Shown: piece by piece, positions 1 to 7,264 of the stretch
Layout: each line of letters opens with the position of its first letter
Numbering within the stretch: position 1 is the stretch's first letter
Assembly: GCA_963977445.1 (NCBI GenBank)
Contig: CAXBPH010000207.1
Span: 1 to 12,558, forward strand
Reading direction: 5' to 3'
Origin: an uncultured bacterium
GTDB lineage: Bacteria > Hydrogenedentota > Hydrogenedentia > Hydrogenedentales > JAEUWI01
DNA length: 12,558 bases
Translations under genes and position numbers: made by a program
The notes under the pieces: generated by a model
What the model was told of the DNA's origin: nothing
What the model saw: only the letters and a program-made list of their open reading frames with translations
The model's database searches: none

Positions 1-95
1 GTGAAGGTGAGGGTGAAGGTGAGGGTGAAGGTGAGGGTGAAGGTGAGGGTGAAGGCGAGGGTGAAGGCGAGGGTGAAGGCGAGGGTGAAGGTGAG
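1..95 (+). repeat. Coding tandem repeat GAAGG(T/C)GAGGGT (12-bp unit, about 8 copies) encoding poly-(Glu-Gly)
   Basis: Read directly: alternating GAA/GAG and GGT/GGC codons from 3 to 95, continuing off the window edge. Confidence 0.95.
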
Positions 96-443
96 AATAC
101 GTCGACCATGACCCTGCTGGAGGCGGCCCGATCGCTGGCCCAGGCCTTCGACGATGCCGATACCAATGGGGATGGTCAGTTGAGCCTTACCGAAGCGCTG
201 GCTACCGATCCGCGAATTCTATCGATCTACTTCGACCAGCTCGACAGCAATAGAGATCGCCTCATCACCTTGGCGGAGTTGAATGCCTTCCTCTCTGGGG
301 ACGGCGGCGTCACCGATGCCGGTTGCCCGGCTAGCAAGGCAATCACAGGCGCAGATTTTCAAAAACTATTGGGAGACATGTTCCTCCTCGGCGTTACACT
401 ACTCACCTTGCTGGGCTGGCATAGTCTGCGGCGAGGAGGTTGA
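1..443 (+). CDS. 3' part of a large secreted/surface protein: (EG)n linker, EF-hand pair, C-terminal Cys + transmembrane + basic tail (5' truncated by window)
   Basis: The frame of ORF 108..443 is open from base 3 and reads EGEGEG...ENTST-MTLLEAA. EF-hand loops are DTNGDGQLSLTE (159-194) and DSNRDRLITLAE (243-278). The tail is GCPASK...LLGDMFLLGVTLLTLLGWHSLRRGG*, with TGA at 441-443. Confidence 0.9.
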   Translation, partial: EGEGEGEGEGEGEGEGEGEGEGEGEGEGEGENTSTMTLLEAARSLAQAFDDADTNGDGQLSLTEALATDPRILSIYFDQLDSNRDRLITLAELNAFLSGDGGVTDAGCPASKAITGADFQKLLGDMFLLGVTLLTLLGWHSLRRGG

Positions 444-785
444 AGGATCGCAGGAACGGGAACGATGGCTTTCTGAAAGGAACCCACTACTTCTTATATA
501 AATTCTCGGTGTGGCGTTCCCATGAGGCAATCCTATTCTCTAACCGTGGGACCTGTACTCTTTTGGCAGATTCCGTTCAATCGGGCACGAGGATGGGCAC
601 TTGGTGCTGCGGCACGTTACGTTGGTCATGGGGATGCCAATGGCGACCGCGTTCCGGTAATATGAAGGCCGACGACGGCAAGCACCCGCTGCCGGGGAGA
701 TGGGCTCGTCGGGCCATTCCATGCCTGACGGATTCATTCCGTGGATAGTGCGTACTTTAGAAACCATACTTGGAGAGCTGTAACG

Positions 786-2321
786 ATGTACCCCACCCGA
801 CTTTCGACTTTTTCCTTCGCAACGAGCATATTCCTTTGCGTCGCTGCCTTGAGCAACCCGGCGACGGCCCAGGCAATTGATATTGGAAGTAGCCGGGAGC
901 TTTTCATCGACGACTACCTCGTGGACACCATGGAGAATGTTCAGCTCCTCGTCCACCAACCCGTCCCGCAGGAAATCGCGGTCCAATGTGACAAGCCCTG
1001 GGAGGGCAACGGCTGCGGCTACTACACCGTCCTCCATGACACGAAAGAGTCCGTCTACCGCATGTACTACCACGCGTGGCAGATTCCGACGGGTATCGAA
1101 GAAGGCGGCCCCTTGAGCATCGCCTATTTCCAGAGCAAGGACGGCATCACGTGGGAACGGCCCAGCTTGGGCCTCGTCGACTTCGAGGGTTCGACGGACA
1201 ACAACATCATTCTCGACAAGATGGGGGATGGCAATGGCTGCCACGATTTTTCGCCCTTCATCGATGAGAATCCTGACACCACACCCGAAGCCCGCTACAA
1301 GGCCACCGGCGCCGGAGCCGCGACGAATAAGGGCGTCTGGGCCTATCAGTCTCCCGATGGGATTCACTGGACACCCATGGCCGACGGGCCGGTTTTCAGC
1401 GAGGGGGCCTTCGACTCGCAGAATGTCTCCTTCTGGTCGACCGAAGAGCAGCAGTATGTCCTTTATTACCGCGTCTTTTCGGAGGGCGGTTACAGTGGCA
1501 CCCGTCTCGTAAACCGGGCAGTCTCGAAGGACTATATAAACTGGACAGATGAAGGCACCATCGTCTTTCCCGAGGGGGAAGGCCCCCAGCCGCTGGCCCA
1601 GTTTTATGTCAGCCAACTCAAGCCCTACGCCCGAGCGCCCCACCTCTACATCGGGTTTCCCGCCCGTTACGTAGACCACGGCCTGACCCCGTCGACGCCG
1701 CTCTTGCCCGAATGGGATCTCCGCGAAAAACGGATGACCGTGTCTCCCCGCTACGGGACGGCATTCACCGACTCGGTCTACATCACCAGCCGCGATGGCA
1801 AGAATTTTCGCCAGAGCAACGATGTGTTCCTCCGGCCCGGCCTCAAGACGCAACACAACTGGTCCTATGGCGACAACTACATTGCCTGGCACGTGGTCGA
1901 AACCGAATCCACCCGAGATGATTCGCCCAAAGAGCTTTCTCTCTATGCCACCGAATCCTATTTCACCAAGAGAGATTCACGCCTCCGCCGCTATACCCTG
2001 CGCATCGACGGTTTTGCATCCATCCACGCCAAGCTCCAGGAAGGTGAATTCACGACCAAACCAATCACCTTTTCCGGCAAAGAGCTTTCCCTCAACGCGG
2101 CCACCAGTGCCGCAGGCATGATGAAGGTAGAGATTCGCAATCCCGACGGCACGCCCATTCCCGGATATACCCTGGAAGACTGCGATCTGATTTACGGCGA
2201 TTCCCTCGACCGCGTGGTGAGCTGGAAGGAAAACACGAGCGTAGAGGCCCTGGCGGGCAAGCCCGTTGTGCTGCACTTCGTCATGCGTGAGGCCGATGTC
2301 TACTCGTTGATCGTGAAGTAA
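786..2321 (+). CDS. Secreted beta-propeller glycoside-hydrolase-like protein (uncharacterised; about 511 aa)
   Basis: GGAGAG precedes ATG 786, which is preferred over GTG 741. The Sec signal ends ...NPATA|QA. There are four Asp-box-like repeats (SKDGITW, SPDGIHW, SKDYINW, SRDGKNF), motifs PWEG and FDSQN, and a C-terminal LRIDGF...GEFTTKP beta domain. Fold assignment is from motif recognition only. Confidence 0.75.
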   Translation: MYPTRLSTFSFATSIFLCVAALSNPATAQAIDIGSSRELFIDDYLVDTMENVQLLVHQPVPQEIAVQCDKPWEGNGCGYYTVLHDTKESVYRMYYHAWQIPTGIEEGGPLSIAYFQSKDGITWERPSLGLVDFEGSTDNNIILDKMGDGNGCHDFSPFIDENPDTTPEARYKATGAGAATNKGVWAYQSPDGIHWTPMADGPVFSEGAFDSQNVSFWSTEEQQYVLYYRVFSEGGYSGTRLVNRAVSKDYINWTDEGTIVFPEGEGPQPLAQFYVSQLKPYARAPHLYIGFPARYVDHGLTPSTPLLPEWDLREKRMTVSPRYGTAFTDSVYITSRDGKNFRQSNDVFLRPGLKTQHNWSYGDNYIAWHVVETESTRDDSPKELSLYATESYFTKRDSRLRRYTLRIDGFASIHAKLQEGEFTTKPITFSGKELSLNAATSAAGMMKVEIRNPDGTPIPGYTLEDCDLIYGDSLDRVVSWKENTSVEALAGKPVVLHFVMREADVYSLIVK

Positions 2322-2342
2322 TCCGCACCCAAGAAGCTGAAC

Positions 2343-2369
2343 CACGAATGGACACGAATTCGCACGAAT
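2343..2369 (+). repeat. Three CACGAAT direct repeats at exact 10-bp period
   Basis: CACGAAT at 2343, 2353 and 2363, starting about 20 bp after the stop codon. Confidence 0.85.
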
Positions 2370-2543
2370 AAGAAAGAAAGATGTAGCGTGGCGTCGCAGG
2401 CGTGGGACTGTCATCCGTTACGCCCCCGGCGGAACGGGGACTGTATCGTCAGTATGTAATGCCGATGGTATCCCTCGTCTGCCGAATGGACTCCCGCGCG
2501 AAGGCAGTCCCGATGTACGTGGCACAACTTCGTTGCACCGTAT

Positions 2544-2567
2544 GCAGCCGAGCCGGCTGCGCTCCCA
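2544..2567. repeat. REP-like hairpin GCAGCCG-AGC-CGGCTGC followed by GCTCCCA
   Basis: Perfect 7-bp stem (2544-2550 with 2554-2560) in the spacer between convergent genes. It resembles the hairpin at 5081-5099. Confidence 0.55.
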
Positions 2568-2619
2568 ATTGTCGCCGTTCCTGTTTGGGGTATGGCGATA
2601 CCTGCGTGGGTGCAGTCCC

Positions 2620-4929
2620 TCAGAGCCCCGCGCGATAGGCGGGCAATTGGCGCGCCAGGGTGTCTTCGAGTATCTCCAGCTTTTCTTTGATCACGAAGGG
2701 CGTGTAGACGTAGTCCATCTCTGCTTCGTAGCCGAGACGGGAGTCGCGCCGGGTGATTTCGAGGGCCTGTCGGGTCCGGGGAATTTCGGATTCCACCAGG
2801 GCGGTCATTTCGTCGAGGAGGGCGTTGGCCTCGGCGGGATCGTCGGTGTGGTGAAGGCGGAAGCGACAGTCTTCGAACTGGAGGATGGCCTGAAGGCTCC
2901 GAAGCATGAGTTGCATCTGCTCCACGACGAGGACTTCCTTCATGGCGGCGGCTTGTTTGGCCGGAGGGGCGTTGAGGGCGGCCCGTCGATAGGGCTGAAG
3001 CCCCGCTTCCAGGGCATCGGCCGCGCGGAGGGTGTATTCGTTGAAGATGGGCAACACCGATCGCTCGGCGAGGCGCTCTTTAGATTCGAGCTGGCCCACG
3101 CCGGAGCGGGCCCGGGCGTATTGCTCGGCCTTGTTGGTCTTGTTGGTGAAGTCGGGGTAGAAGACCATGATGGGGTGGGCGTAGGGCCATTGGGCCACGA
3201 GGCGGTGGCGCCAGTGGCTCTTCTCCTTCTCGTCCCACCAGGAGTTGTTGAGGGTCATCATGCGGGCGGGCGGCTCGTCGAAAAAGAGGGGGTGGGACAC
3301 GGCGCTGTTGGTGCCCATGGAGGGACCCGTGTCGGGCACGTGCTGGATAGCCTCGCTGAAGGCTTCCCAGGCCGTGAGCACGGCGACTTCATTGCCCGCG
3401 CCGAAATTACGTCGGGCAATTCCCCGCAAGAGTTCGTCTTGGGTCAGGGGGTTGGTCCAGCTGGACCAGCCGCGCAGTTCGGCGATGAAGTTGGGCTTGT
3501 AGCCGTTGCTCCACGATTCGAGGGTGCCGTTGACGCCATGGGCCGCCAGGGCGTCGTAGCGGCGCTGCCACTGTTGGGGCGCGGGCACATAGGGGATGGT
3601 GCCGAACTGCCACGTGGCGAAACAATCCACCTTGCAGTAGACCGTCATGCCGCGCTCCTTGGCCACCTTAATCTGTGCCGCTGCCACTTCCGCCGGCCCT
3701 ACCTGGCTGATGGAGTAGTCGCGGAGATAGCCCTGGAGGTCGCCGAGTTGAAACTGCTTGCCATTCTCCCACGTGAGCAGGGGGATGGTGTCCAGGGGCA
3801 GGTGGCGGGTGACGTATTCCTTGATGGCGACGCGGTGGGGCCGGAAATCGATGTTGTATTCCCACGGGAGGATTTCGAGGGCCGGGTTGATGCGATGGCA
3901 TTCCTCCGCCACGATACCCACGGCCCGGGTCCAGTGCTGGGCCCATTCCTCCAGGTCCGTGTCACCCTGGCCACCCGCGCCGAAGAACTTCTTGTAGTAG
4001 AAGCCTTCCGTCAGCAGGATGAAACCGTGAATATTCGGGAACTTCGTGACGATGTCTCGCACATGATCGCGGAGTCCCGCCTCGTTCTCGGCTTCGCCCG
4101 TGTTGGCGTAGAGAATGGGCGTGTAGACCTTGAGGCCATGGGCGTTGGCCCGGGTGATAACGTCGTTGAGACGATTGGCATCCTGCTTGCGAATGATGTC
4201 GTAGTGGGGCGGTCCCGGAAGGCCATTGGGGTTGGCGTAGACCGAGGCGTAGATGCCATCGTAGCCATCGTGGGCGAGGTGATCAAGGAAGTTGTCCGGC
4301 CACTGCATCCAACCGAGCCACGAGAGCACCATGCGGGACTGGTAGAGGCTGTGGCGCACCACGTTGAGGTCCCGGGGCAGGCAGGGGGCCTCGCGGAGCC
4401 GCATGCGGGCTTCGAGATTAAAGAGGCCATGCTGGACCCCCGCATCGTCGAAACCGCACACGATAATGCGCGCGCCGTCTACGCGAATTTCGTAGTCTTT
4501 CGAGGCGGTGAGTTCCGTGCCCATGCCGGGGAGTTGCTGGGGCGTGCCGGCGATGAGGACCTTATCGCTCGTGGGCCAGTTTTCGAGGCCTATTGCGGAG
4601 GCCAGGGTCACGCCCATGGAGACTTTGAGGTAATCGCGGAGATCGTCGGCAGCGTAGTGGGCGAGCGGCCCGGCGTCGGGGGCGAGGTGGAGCGTCCAGC
4701 CGGTGGGCGCAATGGCAAGCTCGCTTTCGGTGGACGGCGCGCCGACGCTTCTGTCGGGCTGATGGAGGGGGCCTTGCGTGAGGGCCTTGTGGTAGTCATA
4801 ACGCTCTTCGACCGGCAGGACCTTCAGGGCTTGTTCCAGGAAAACCTCGCGGGTGAAAAGAGGCTGGGCCATGGCGTGAAACGGGGCCAGTAGGCTGAAG
4901 ACGATAGCACAGGGTCTGAAGAGTTGCAT
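2620..4929 (-). CDS. Secreted 769-aa putative glycoside hydrolase: GH20/GH67-type N-terminal accessory domain plus probable TIM-barrel; family unassigned
   Basis: AAGGA RBS lies upstream of ATG 4929 and the signal peptide ends ...PFHAMA|Q. Segments YAADDLRDYL and YEIRVDGARIIVCGFDDAGVQHGLFNL match the pattern of the hexosaminidase/glucuronidase N-domain. Composition is protein-like, unlike the antisense ORF. Confidence 0.65.
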   Translation of the reverse strand: MQLFRPCAIVFSLLAPFHAMAQPLFTREVFLEQALKVLPVEERYDYHKALTQGPLHQPDRSVGAPSTESELAIAPTGWTLHLAPDAGPLAHYAADDLRDYLKVSMGVTLASAIGLENWPTSDKVLIAGTPQQLPGMGTELTASKDYEIRVDGARIIVCGFDDAGVQHGLFNLEARMRLREAPCLPRDLNVVRHSLYQSRMVLSWLGWMQWPDNFLDHLAHDGYDGIYASVYANPNGLPGPPHYDIIRKQDANRLNDVITRANAHGLKVYTPILYANTGEAENEAGLRDHVRDIVTKFPNIHGFILLTEGFYYKKFFGAGGQGDTDLEEWAQHWTRAVGIVAEECHRINPALEILPWEYNIDFRPHRVAIKEYVTRHLPLDTIPLLTWENGKQFQLGDLQGYLRDYSISQVGPAEVAAAQIKVAKERGMTVYCKVDCFATWQFGTIPYVPAPQQWQRRYDALAAHGVNGTLESWSNGYKPNFIAELRGWSSWTNPLTQDELLRGIARRNFGAGNEVAVLTAWEAFSEAIQHVPDTGPSMGTNSAVSHPLFFDEPPARMMTLNNSWWDEKEKSHWRHRLVAQWPYAHPIMVFYPDFTNKTNKAEQYARARSGVGQLESKERLAERSVLPIFNEYTLRAADALEAGLQPYRRAALNAPPAKQAAAMKEVLVVEQMQLMLRSLQAILQFEDCRFRLHHTDDPAEANALLDEMTALVESEIPRTRQALEITRRDSRLGYEAEMDYVYTPFVIKEKLEILEDTLARQLPAYRAGL

Positions 4930-4956
4930 GAGGAATTCCTTGATCTACTTGGTAAC

Positions 4957-5023
4957 GTTGTGGACCGGGTGAACGGCCACCTTTTTTGTCCACTGTGTCC
5001 ACCAAGTCCACATTGTCCACAAC
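4957..5023. repeat. 9-bp-period GTCCAC array (4 copies) with an inverted upstream arm
   Basis: GTCCAC at 4988, 4997, 5006 and 5015. Inverted copies are GTGGAC at 4960 and GTGAAC at 4969. GTTGTGGAC (4957-4965) is the exact reverse complement of GTCCACAAC (5015-5023). Confidence 0.85.
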
Positions 5024-5076
5024 AAAACAAAGATAAGCAAAGTCGCCCATCATGGTGCTTCGGGGCCCTGGTCGCA

Positions 5077-5099
5077 GTCCGCCGAGACGGCTGTCCTAC
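5077..5099 (-). repeat. Degenerate GTAG-type REP-like element overlapping the sulfatase stop codon
   Basis: The minus strand reads GTAGGACAGCCG-TCT-CGGCGGAC. The TAG stop is part of the GTAG tetranucleotide. Only a 4-bp stem is intact. Confidence 0.4.
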
Positions 5100-6577
5100 T
5101 TTCCGGCCACGTCTCCCGACTGCAATACGTCGATTGCGGCGGCCAGCACTTGGGCCTTGGGGATGCCTGCGATCTTCCCGGCCGGCCGTTGTCCCTTGCC
5201 CGGCTTTCCCTTGTCGCCCAAGTCTTCCCGAGCGGTTTCGGCGATAGCCAGCAAACGGGTCACCACATCGGGATGCTCGGCGGCCACATTGTGTTCTGAC
5301 GCGATATCGTCCACTACATTAAAGAGCAGGGCCGTTGGCGCTTCCCCTTTCTTGAAGTGTGGGTGGGTAGCGTTGGCTTCAATGGGGAGAAATAGTTTCC
5401 ATGGCCCCGAGCGCACCGCCTGCAATTCATCCTGTTGGTAATAGTAATAGGCATCATGGGGCGTCGTTGCGCCCGGTTCGCCAAAAAACAGTGGTGCGAC
5501 ATCAAGCCCGTCAATGATGCGGTCCGTCGGCGCGCTGCCACCAGCGAGTTTGGCGAAGGTGGGGAGGAGGTCCATGGTGGAGGCCAGTTCGTCACACACC
5601 GTACCTGCAGGGACCGTACCGGGCTGCCACACGATGGTGGGCACACGAAAGGCGCCTTCACTCGTGGAATAGCCCCGCCCATGGAGGGGCCGGTTCGAGC
5701 CCCGGCTCAAATCGGCGGGATCGTTCTTGATGGGCGCGCCGTTGTCCGACGTCCAAATGACAAAGGTGTTTTCCGCGATACCCAGTTCCACCAGTTGGTC
5801 CAACATGACGCCGATGGACCAGTCCAACTCTTCAACAGAATCGCCCCAGGGGCCGTTTTTGCTCTTACCGCGGAAGGCCTCACTGGAAAAGGGCGTGGAG
5901 GTGCTCCCCGGCATGGCTTGGGGAAAATAGAGGAAGAAGGGCTCATCCTTGTGTTCGGCTATCCATTCCATGGCCCGCTCGGTGTAGCGCTTGGTCAGGC
6001 CATCGCGATCACACGGAGCCTCGACGACCCGTTCGTTTTCCATGAGGGGCAGGGGAGGCCAATGGGACCCGTCCGCCTTCCACACCCGTTCGGTCATGTC
6101 ATCGGAATAGGGCACCCCAAAAAACCAGTCGAAGCCCTGACGGGTGGGCAAGAACTCGGGCTGGTCGCCCAAATGCCATTTACCCACCATACCCGTGGCA
6201 TAGCCCTGGGCCTTGAGGACCTCCGCGATGGTGATTTCTTCGGGGGCGAGTCCATAGGGGGAGACCGGGCGCAGCACGAGGCCATCACGGGGGTTGGTGT
6301 GCATCCCCACGCGCTGGGAATAGCAGCCCGTGATGAGACTGGACCGCGAGGGTGTGCAGACGCCTGCCGTCACATTGAAGTGAGTAAACTTTCGGCCTTC
6401 CTCTGCCATGCGGTTGAGGTTGGGCGTGCGGTGGAGGGTAGCGCCGAAGGGCTCGATATCGCCATAGCCCAGATTGTCGCAGAAGACGACAATAAAGTTG
6501 GGCGGTCGGCTTTCGGCGGCGTGGACGGCGGGAATCGTGGCGAGACTGACAAGGAAACTCAATAAGCAATTCTTCAT
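5096..6577 (-). CDS. Secreted formylglycine-dependent (S1) sulfatase, arylsulfatase A-like, about 493 aa
   Basis: GGAGAGG RBS. Start is ATG 6577 (TTG 6580 is also possible), followed by a signal peptide. Motifs are PNFIVVFCDNLGYGD, CTPSRSSLITG (CxPxR), GKWHLG, TSDNG and EGAFRVP. Confidence 0.95.
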   Translation of the reverse strand: MKNCLLSFLVSLATIPAVHAAESRPPNFIVVFCDNLGYGDIEPFGATLHRTPNLNRMAEEGRKFTHFNVTAGVCTPSRSSLITGCYSQRVGMHTNPRDGLVLRPVSPYGLAPEEITIAEVLKAQGYATGMVGKWHLGDQPEFLPTRQGFDWFFGVPYSDDMTERVWKADGSHWPPLPLMENERVVEAPCDRDGLTKRYTERAMEWIAEHKDEPFFLYFPQAMPGSTSTPFSSEAFRGKSKNGPWGDSVEELDWSIGVMLDQLVELGIAENTFVIWTSDNGAPIKNDPADLSRGSNRPLHGRGYSTSEGAFRVPTIVWQPGTVPAGTVCDELASTMDLLPTFAKLAGGSAPTDRIIDGLDVAPLFFGEPGATTPHDAYYYYQQDELQAVRSGPWKLFLPIEANATHPHFKKGEAPTALLFNVVDDIASEHNVAAEHPDVVTRLLAIAETAREDLGDKGKPGKGQRPAGKIAGIPKAQVLAAAIDVLQSGDVAGK

Positions 6578-6610
6578 CAAACGGGACCTCTCCGATGCGG
6601 TTTATCTATA

Positions 6611-6645
6611 GGTCATATTCGTCCCATCGGTCCTGTAGGTCTTAC
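6611..6645. repeat. Degenerate 9-bp-period GTC array (4 copies)
   Basis: GGTCATAT, CGTCCCAT, GGTCCTGT and GGTCTTAC, with GTC at 6612, 6621, 6630 and 6639. Confidence 0.6.
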
Positions 6646-6687
6646 CGTTTCGCGACCACCCATGGAACAGGCAGGGCTCACTTGTGC

Positions 6688-6713
6688 CTCGTCGCCAAGC
6701 TCCGCTTGGGAGC
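6688..6713 (+). repeat. REP-like hairpin, left copy: CTCGTCG-CCAAGC-TCC-GCTTGG-GAGC
   Basis: Perfect 6-bp stem (6695-6700 with 6704-6709). It is 19/24 identical to the reverse complement of 7218-7241. Confidence 0.8.
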
Positions 6714-6726
6714 TATAGGCAGCGAA

Positions 6727-7077
6727 TTAGAGTTTCCTCTTGATGCTTAGCAACTTCAACTTCTCGGGTGTGTACCCTTGCTCCCTGGCCCATTGGGTTG
6801 AACACAAGTACTTTTTCTGATTTCGTTGCCATTTAGGTATGAAGACCACATGAGCAACGATGAGCGCAATAGCGACGCCAATTCTTGACGGCGACGACGG
6901 AAAAAGTCCTGCCAGCGACATACCAAGCCAAGTAATGGGAAATGCGAACGATACACCGCACCAAAGGCCATATGCTCCACTGCGCGTCATCAACCGACTC
7001 TCTTCAGAGGGCGTCAAGTGCGCGCAGATCTCTGCAGTCTCTGGTGATTGCATTGGTGACCATGTAATCCAGCTCAT
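6727..7077 (-). CDS. Small hypothetical membrane protein (116 aa, two predicted TM segments)
   Basis: Strong AGGAGG RBS at 7086-7091, 8 nt before the ATG. Hydrophobic stretches are YGLWCGVSFAFPITWLGMSLAGLF and IGVAIALIVAHVVFIP, and the C-terminus is basic. GC is about 51% by hand count, lower than neighbouring genes. Confidence 0.8.
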   Translation of the reverse strand: MSWITWSPMQSPETAEICAHLTPSEESRLMTRSGAYGLWCGVSFAFPITWLGMSLAGLFPSSPSRIGVAIALIVAHVVFIPKWQRNQKKYLCSTQWAREQGYTPEKLKLLSIKRKL

Positions 7078-7102
7078 CTAATTGCCCTCCTGATTGTGTT
7101 TG

Positions 7103-7119
7103 TGCTTTCTCTATGCCAA
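7103..7119 (-). promoter_or_regulatory. Possible sigma-54 (-24/-12) promoter for the small membrane protein gene
   Basis: The minus strand reads TTGGCATAGAGAAAGCA, with exact GG-N10-GC spacing. The -12 box is AAGC rather than TTGC. The start site would fall just before the RBS. Confidence 0.3.
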
Positions 7120-7192
7120 ATGAAGCCTGTGTACTATTCCATCAATCCCAATCTCCTTGACCAGTGAGCCGCACATTTTTCACCTATTCCAT

Positions 7193-7241
7193 CGGAGCAG
7201 AGCTCCGGGGTCTGCATTCCCAGGCAGAGCCTGGGAACGAG
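7193..7241 (-). repeat. REP-like double hairpin, right copy
   Basis: CGGAGC-AGA-GCTCCG (7193-7207) and TTCCCAGGC-AGA-GCCTGGGAA (7217-7237), followed by CGAG. Both stems are perfect and share the same AGA loop. Confidence 0.85.
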
Positions 7242-7264
7242 AATCGCGCATTGCCGCAAACAAC

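Noticed and set aside
108..443. Stand-alone 111-aa EF-hand protein starting at ATG 108
   Set aside because: The frame is open upstream through the EG repeat, so this is the tail of a larger gene.
440..748. 102-aa ORF overlapping the first gene's stop
   Set aside because: It starts at TTG, has an Arg/Trp-rich non-protein-like composition and no motifs. Treated as intergenic.
540..1892. 450-aa minus-strand ORF
   Set aside because: It is antisense to the beta-propeller gene, which has the signal peptide and motifs.
2533..4893. 786-aa plus-strand ORF
   Set aside because: It is the antisense shadow of the 769-aa gene, with no motifs or RBS. Long antisense ORFs are expected from GC-rich codon bias.
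6660..6726. Integron attC site after the small ORF
   Set aside because: No RYYYAAC...GTTRRRY core pair was found. The hairpin matches the REP-like copy at 7214-7241 instead.
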